A DNA stretch of 64,000 bases from Enoplolaimus lenunculus (taxonomy: Eukaryota), in assembly GCA_030248215.1 (NCBI GenBank), contig JASANG010000611.1:124001-188000 (forward strand), in the 5' to 3' direction. The translations under genes were made by a program, and so were the position numbers. The notes beneath the pieces were generated by a model. That model saw only the letters and a program-made list of their open reading frames with translations. It made no database searches and had not been told where the DNA came from. Each line of letters starts with the position of its first letter. Position 1 is the stretch's first letter. Below are positions 60,713-64,000 of this stretch, in pieces.

Positions 60713-60942
60713 ATAAATTGTATTTAATATCTTATTGTCTCCACCCTCGGGTCGATGACGCTGTTTTCGCTTGCGGCTAATTTCAAAGAATTGTGTGCTG
60801 CGAATACGATAGAACCATTTTTGCTTAAATTGTTCAAAACAAATTCTATACTAGAATTTTTAAGATTTTACTGGTAACCAAACTTTTTCCATACAATTCT
60901 CGCGGATGTACTACACATCTGAATATTCTGCAAGTACAATAA

Positions 60943-61898
60943 TGGGTCATCCACGTTATACTGTCTACGCTACTGTAAAAAATTGTCCCCACTTACGAGC
61001 CCCTCACTTTGTAGTTGTAGTGTTACTAAATGACATGTCCAAATGTCACCCATATCCTGTATAGACCTTCCGGACAACTCGCATACTCTCCAAACAGCCT
61101 ATACTTTGTCACATTGCCGTCCATACCCATGCTACACTGTCAATGCGTCATATGAAGGACAACTGTTTTGTCCCGAGTCTGTCAGAACAGACTCTGTTTA
61201 GTCATCTAAAGAGTCTGTTTCAAGGGACTCTGTTTTACAGAGTCTGTCTGAAGGGACTATTGTAGAGCTTAATATTGAGTATGCCGCAACCACGGGCGAA
61301 AGAAGGGTGCAACTACCGTTGGGCTTGGTGTGCGACGTTAAAGGGTTCCCACTCGCCCGTCCTCCCCTGGGGGACAACAGTGTAGGGTTCCGGAGCTATA
61401 TACCTACACCCCAGCCGCCGCCCCCCCTCACCGGTCACGACAAAATTTCGACAGGGACACCGGGGTTTAACTTTCTGGTATACCAGAGTTATTATATTCT
61501 AACCTGCTCTGCTTGAATGGGGCGGGTCGTTCTCTTACAAGTTATCTTTTACCGGCAAAAACCTTCCTGCCCCCTCTTTTAAAAATTACTGGTTGCAGTT
61601 AATTTTTAAGAAAGTAAAATTTTTAGAACACTGCAACGTTTTTAAAACAAGCCCTAGTTACGGGCTGTGGACTGTCAACAAGCTCTTTTTCGGACGTCCC
61701 GATGTCAGACACTGTGTCCAGACAGTGTCTAATTTGTCCTTAGTCCCTTCGAAGGGACTACTGCCAAAACGAACTAGCTAGGTACACCTTGTGTAAAGTC
61801 TTAACATTGTAAGAACAATGTCGTTTTGTCCAGCCCTTGAAACCAGGGGTGTGGACAATTTTTTACAGTAGCGTAGACAGTATTACGTGGATGACCCA
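60943..61898. mobile_element. PIF/Harbinger (Tourist)-type non-autonomous element
   Basis: ~45-bp TIR TGGGTCATCCACGTTATACTGTCTACGCTACTGTAAAAAATTGTCC and its near-perfect reverse complement; TAA on both flanks. Confidence 0.8.
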
Positions 61899-62449
61899 TA
61901 AGGTCACTTTTTTTGAAAATGCTGCGTGGTTGACGCTAAAGGGTTTTAAATATTAGTAACTTGTAATCCGTAGTTGCGCACATGTGTAACTCTCCTATTA
62001 TATATAATGGTTTTAGCTTTATGTTTAAGAGCATTTGTTTTTTAAGCAGGTTTTGCCTAAGTTTTGAAGCTTAAGTGACAACTCAAACAACCAAATCATC
62101 ATTTTAATTTATACCGGGTTTATTGGTTCGGTGCTGCATGCGTTCTTAATAAAGGAAAGACAGAACTCGGCATTGCACTCTGTAGTGGAAAATACACTTC
62201 GCAACTTGAGCATAGCTAAGGACAACAGATAAATATGCTATCAATGTCTAATAGAACAACACAAAACATCTAACCAATAATGTTTACTAAGAATATCGAA
62301 ACAACAGTTTTATATATGTCTTTGCAAACTTCTATTAATTTGCATAGTGTGACTTTGCTGGAACGCTGCCCAAAATACGTATGTGGGGCGTTCCACCTTT
62401 TTATATAGATATGAATCGCTAACGCAGTTCTGTCTGCAATCGAACTTAA

Positions 62450-63364
62450 TCCTTTCTCACATGAATATTTTCTATTTCCCCTGAGACCAACTTTTATGCT
62501 AGGATTCGAACTCCAGTGACTGGAGCGGGAGGCATATACCATCACCACTCAGCTATAGGAGCTTGATGCTCGAGCCCGAGGGGGCTTCTCACGTCTTGTG
62601 GTGATTTAGTACTAAGTATACGTGTTGCAATTGTTAAACCACGGTGCGATATCTACTATTTAACGTATATACACTGCGCTGAGTTACTTACAGGCAACTC
62701 AATGTGAGAAGGAATTATAGATAGTAAACTGAAAATTTTTCGCTTTACCCTTTCTCACATGAATATTTTCTATTTCCCCTGATACCTACTTTTATGCTAG
62801 GATTCGAACTCCAGTGACTGGAGCGGGAGGCATATACCATCACTACTCAGCTATAGGAGCTTGATGCTCGAGCCGGAGGGGGCTCTCCCTGACGCTCGAG
62901 CCCGAGGGGGCTCTCACGTCTTGTGGTGATTTAGTACTAAGTATACGTGTTGCAATTGTTAAACCACGGTGCGATATATACTATTTAACGTATATATACT
63001 GCGCTGAGTTGCTTACAGGCAACTCAATGTGAGAAGGGGTGATAGATAGTAAACTGAAAATTTTTCGCTTAACCCTTTCTCACATGAATATTTTCTATTT
63101 CCCCTGAGACCTACTTTTATGCTAGGATTCGAACTCCAGTGACTGGAGCGGGAGGCATATACCATCACCACTCAGCTATAGGAGCTTGATGCTCGAGCCC
63201 GAGGGGGCTCTCCTTGACGCTCGAGCCCGAGGGAGCTCTCACGTCTTGTGGTGATTTAGTGTTATGTATACGTGTTGAAATTGTTAAACCACGGTGCGAT
63301 ATATACTATTTAACGTATATACACTGCGCTGAGTTGCCTACAGGCAACTCAATGTGAGAAGGGG
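62450..63364 (-). mobile_element. Tandem trimer of the tRNA-like-containing piggyBac-type MITE
   Basis: Units at about 62450-62713, 62748-63039 and 63073-63364, separated by the same ~33-bp spacer (ATAGATAGTAAACTGAAAATTTTTCGCTT); TTAA at both outer ends. Confidence 0.8.
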
Positions 63365-63857
63365 TTAACCTCGAGTTTTATACAGTATTGATCGAATCGC
63401 GAAATATGAAAACCTAACAGCCATTTGTAAAATATCAAAGTAAACGAAGCGAAAATAACATCATAGGTTTCAGTCTTGAATCTATTTTAAACACGAAAAC
63501 ATATTTGCAGCTGAACAAAAAGTCAATCTTAAATTCCAGTTCACCAGATCTAATTACAAATCGGCAAACTCCTGTGGTATCATCGACCTGTTAGTGACCA
63601 GGTTTGAACGCTAAATTCAGTAGAATAGAAAAGTGGTATAGGTGCTGTTATAGTACATTTGTGCATCCAGACAGTAGCTTCACTGCGGTTGTACAGCCCA
63701 ACGGCACCTTGCTACCGCTCACTGCGCCTAGAGTACGACTGCAGTCTCGGCCTGCCCTTGAATCATGCTTGCTCAGATAACGCAATAAAATGGACCGGAA
63801 GCGCAAAAAATTTACAACCATTTGTGTTTACAGCATTTGTTTCTGGATAGGAAATTA

Positions 63858-64000
63858 GGCCCATTTATAGAACAGGGCCGGAACAGTAGTACAAGAGTAT
63901 TCCTAAGCCTAAGCCTAAGCAAAAATATTACTCTAAAAGCTTAAACGGACTCTATTATAGTCCCTCCGGAAAACGATCCGGCCCTGTTCTAAACATGGGC
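63858..64000. mobile_element. Telomere-repeat-bearing MITE (Merlin-like), reaching window end
   Basis: GGCCCATTTATAGAACAGGGCCGGA / TCCGGCCCTGTTCTAAACATGGGC; internal CCTAAGCCTAAGCCTAAG. Confidence 0.75.

Noticed and set aside
62450..63364. CRISPR-like repeat/spacer appearance of tandem arrays
   Set aside because: Units are ~300 bp with identical spacers, the context is eukaryotic, and there are no cas genes.

Overview
Eukaryotic, AT-rich, intron-containing genomic DNA, most likely from a nematode: abundant interstitial TTAGGC/GCCTAA repeats, TTTCAG/TTTTAG splice acceptors and an egl-21-like carboxypeptidase. Five spliced genes lie on the + strand. They are an OATP/SLCO transporter (1338-9547, 10 exons), a divergent ionotropic-receptor-like gene or pseudogene (16780-19135), a carboxypeptidase E-like gene (24292-37137, 9 exons, 8.8-kb first intron), a 5T4/TPBG-like LRR membrane protein (47217-50157) and a Kv-family channel subunit (55027-60379). 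Introns and intergenic DNA are packed with small non-autonomous elements: hAT-, Merlin-, piggyBac-, Tc1/mariner- and PIF-type MITEs, DINE-1/HINE-like elements and a 3.9-kb foldback minisatellite. Highlights: (1) three miniature LTR retrotransposons of two families whose LTRs contain a tRNA-like module, apparently derived from the same tRNA that their primer-binding site calls for; (2) an otherwise intact Kv subunit whose TVGYGD selectivity filter reads YFSYAE; (3) 8-bp-TSD MITEs that carry telomeric repeats. All exon boundaries were read by eye and have no transcript support.
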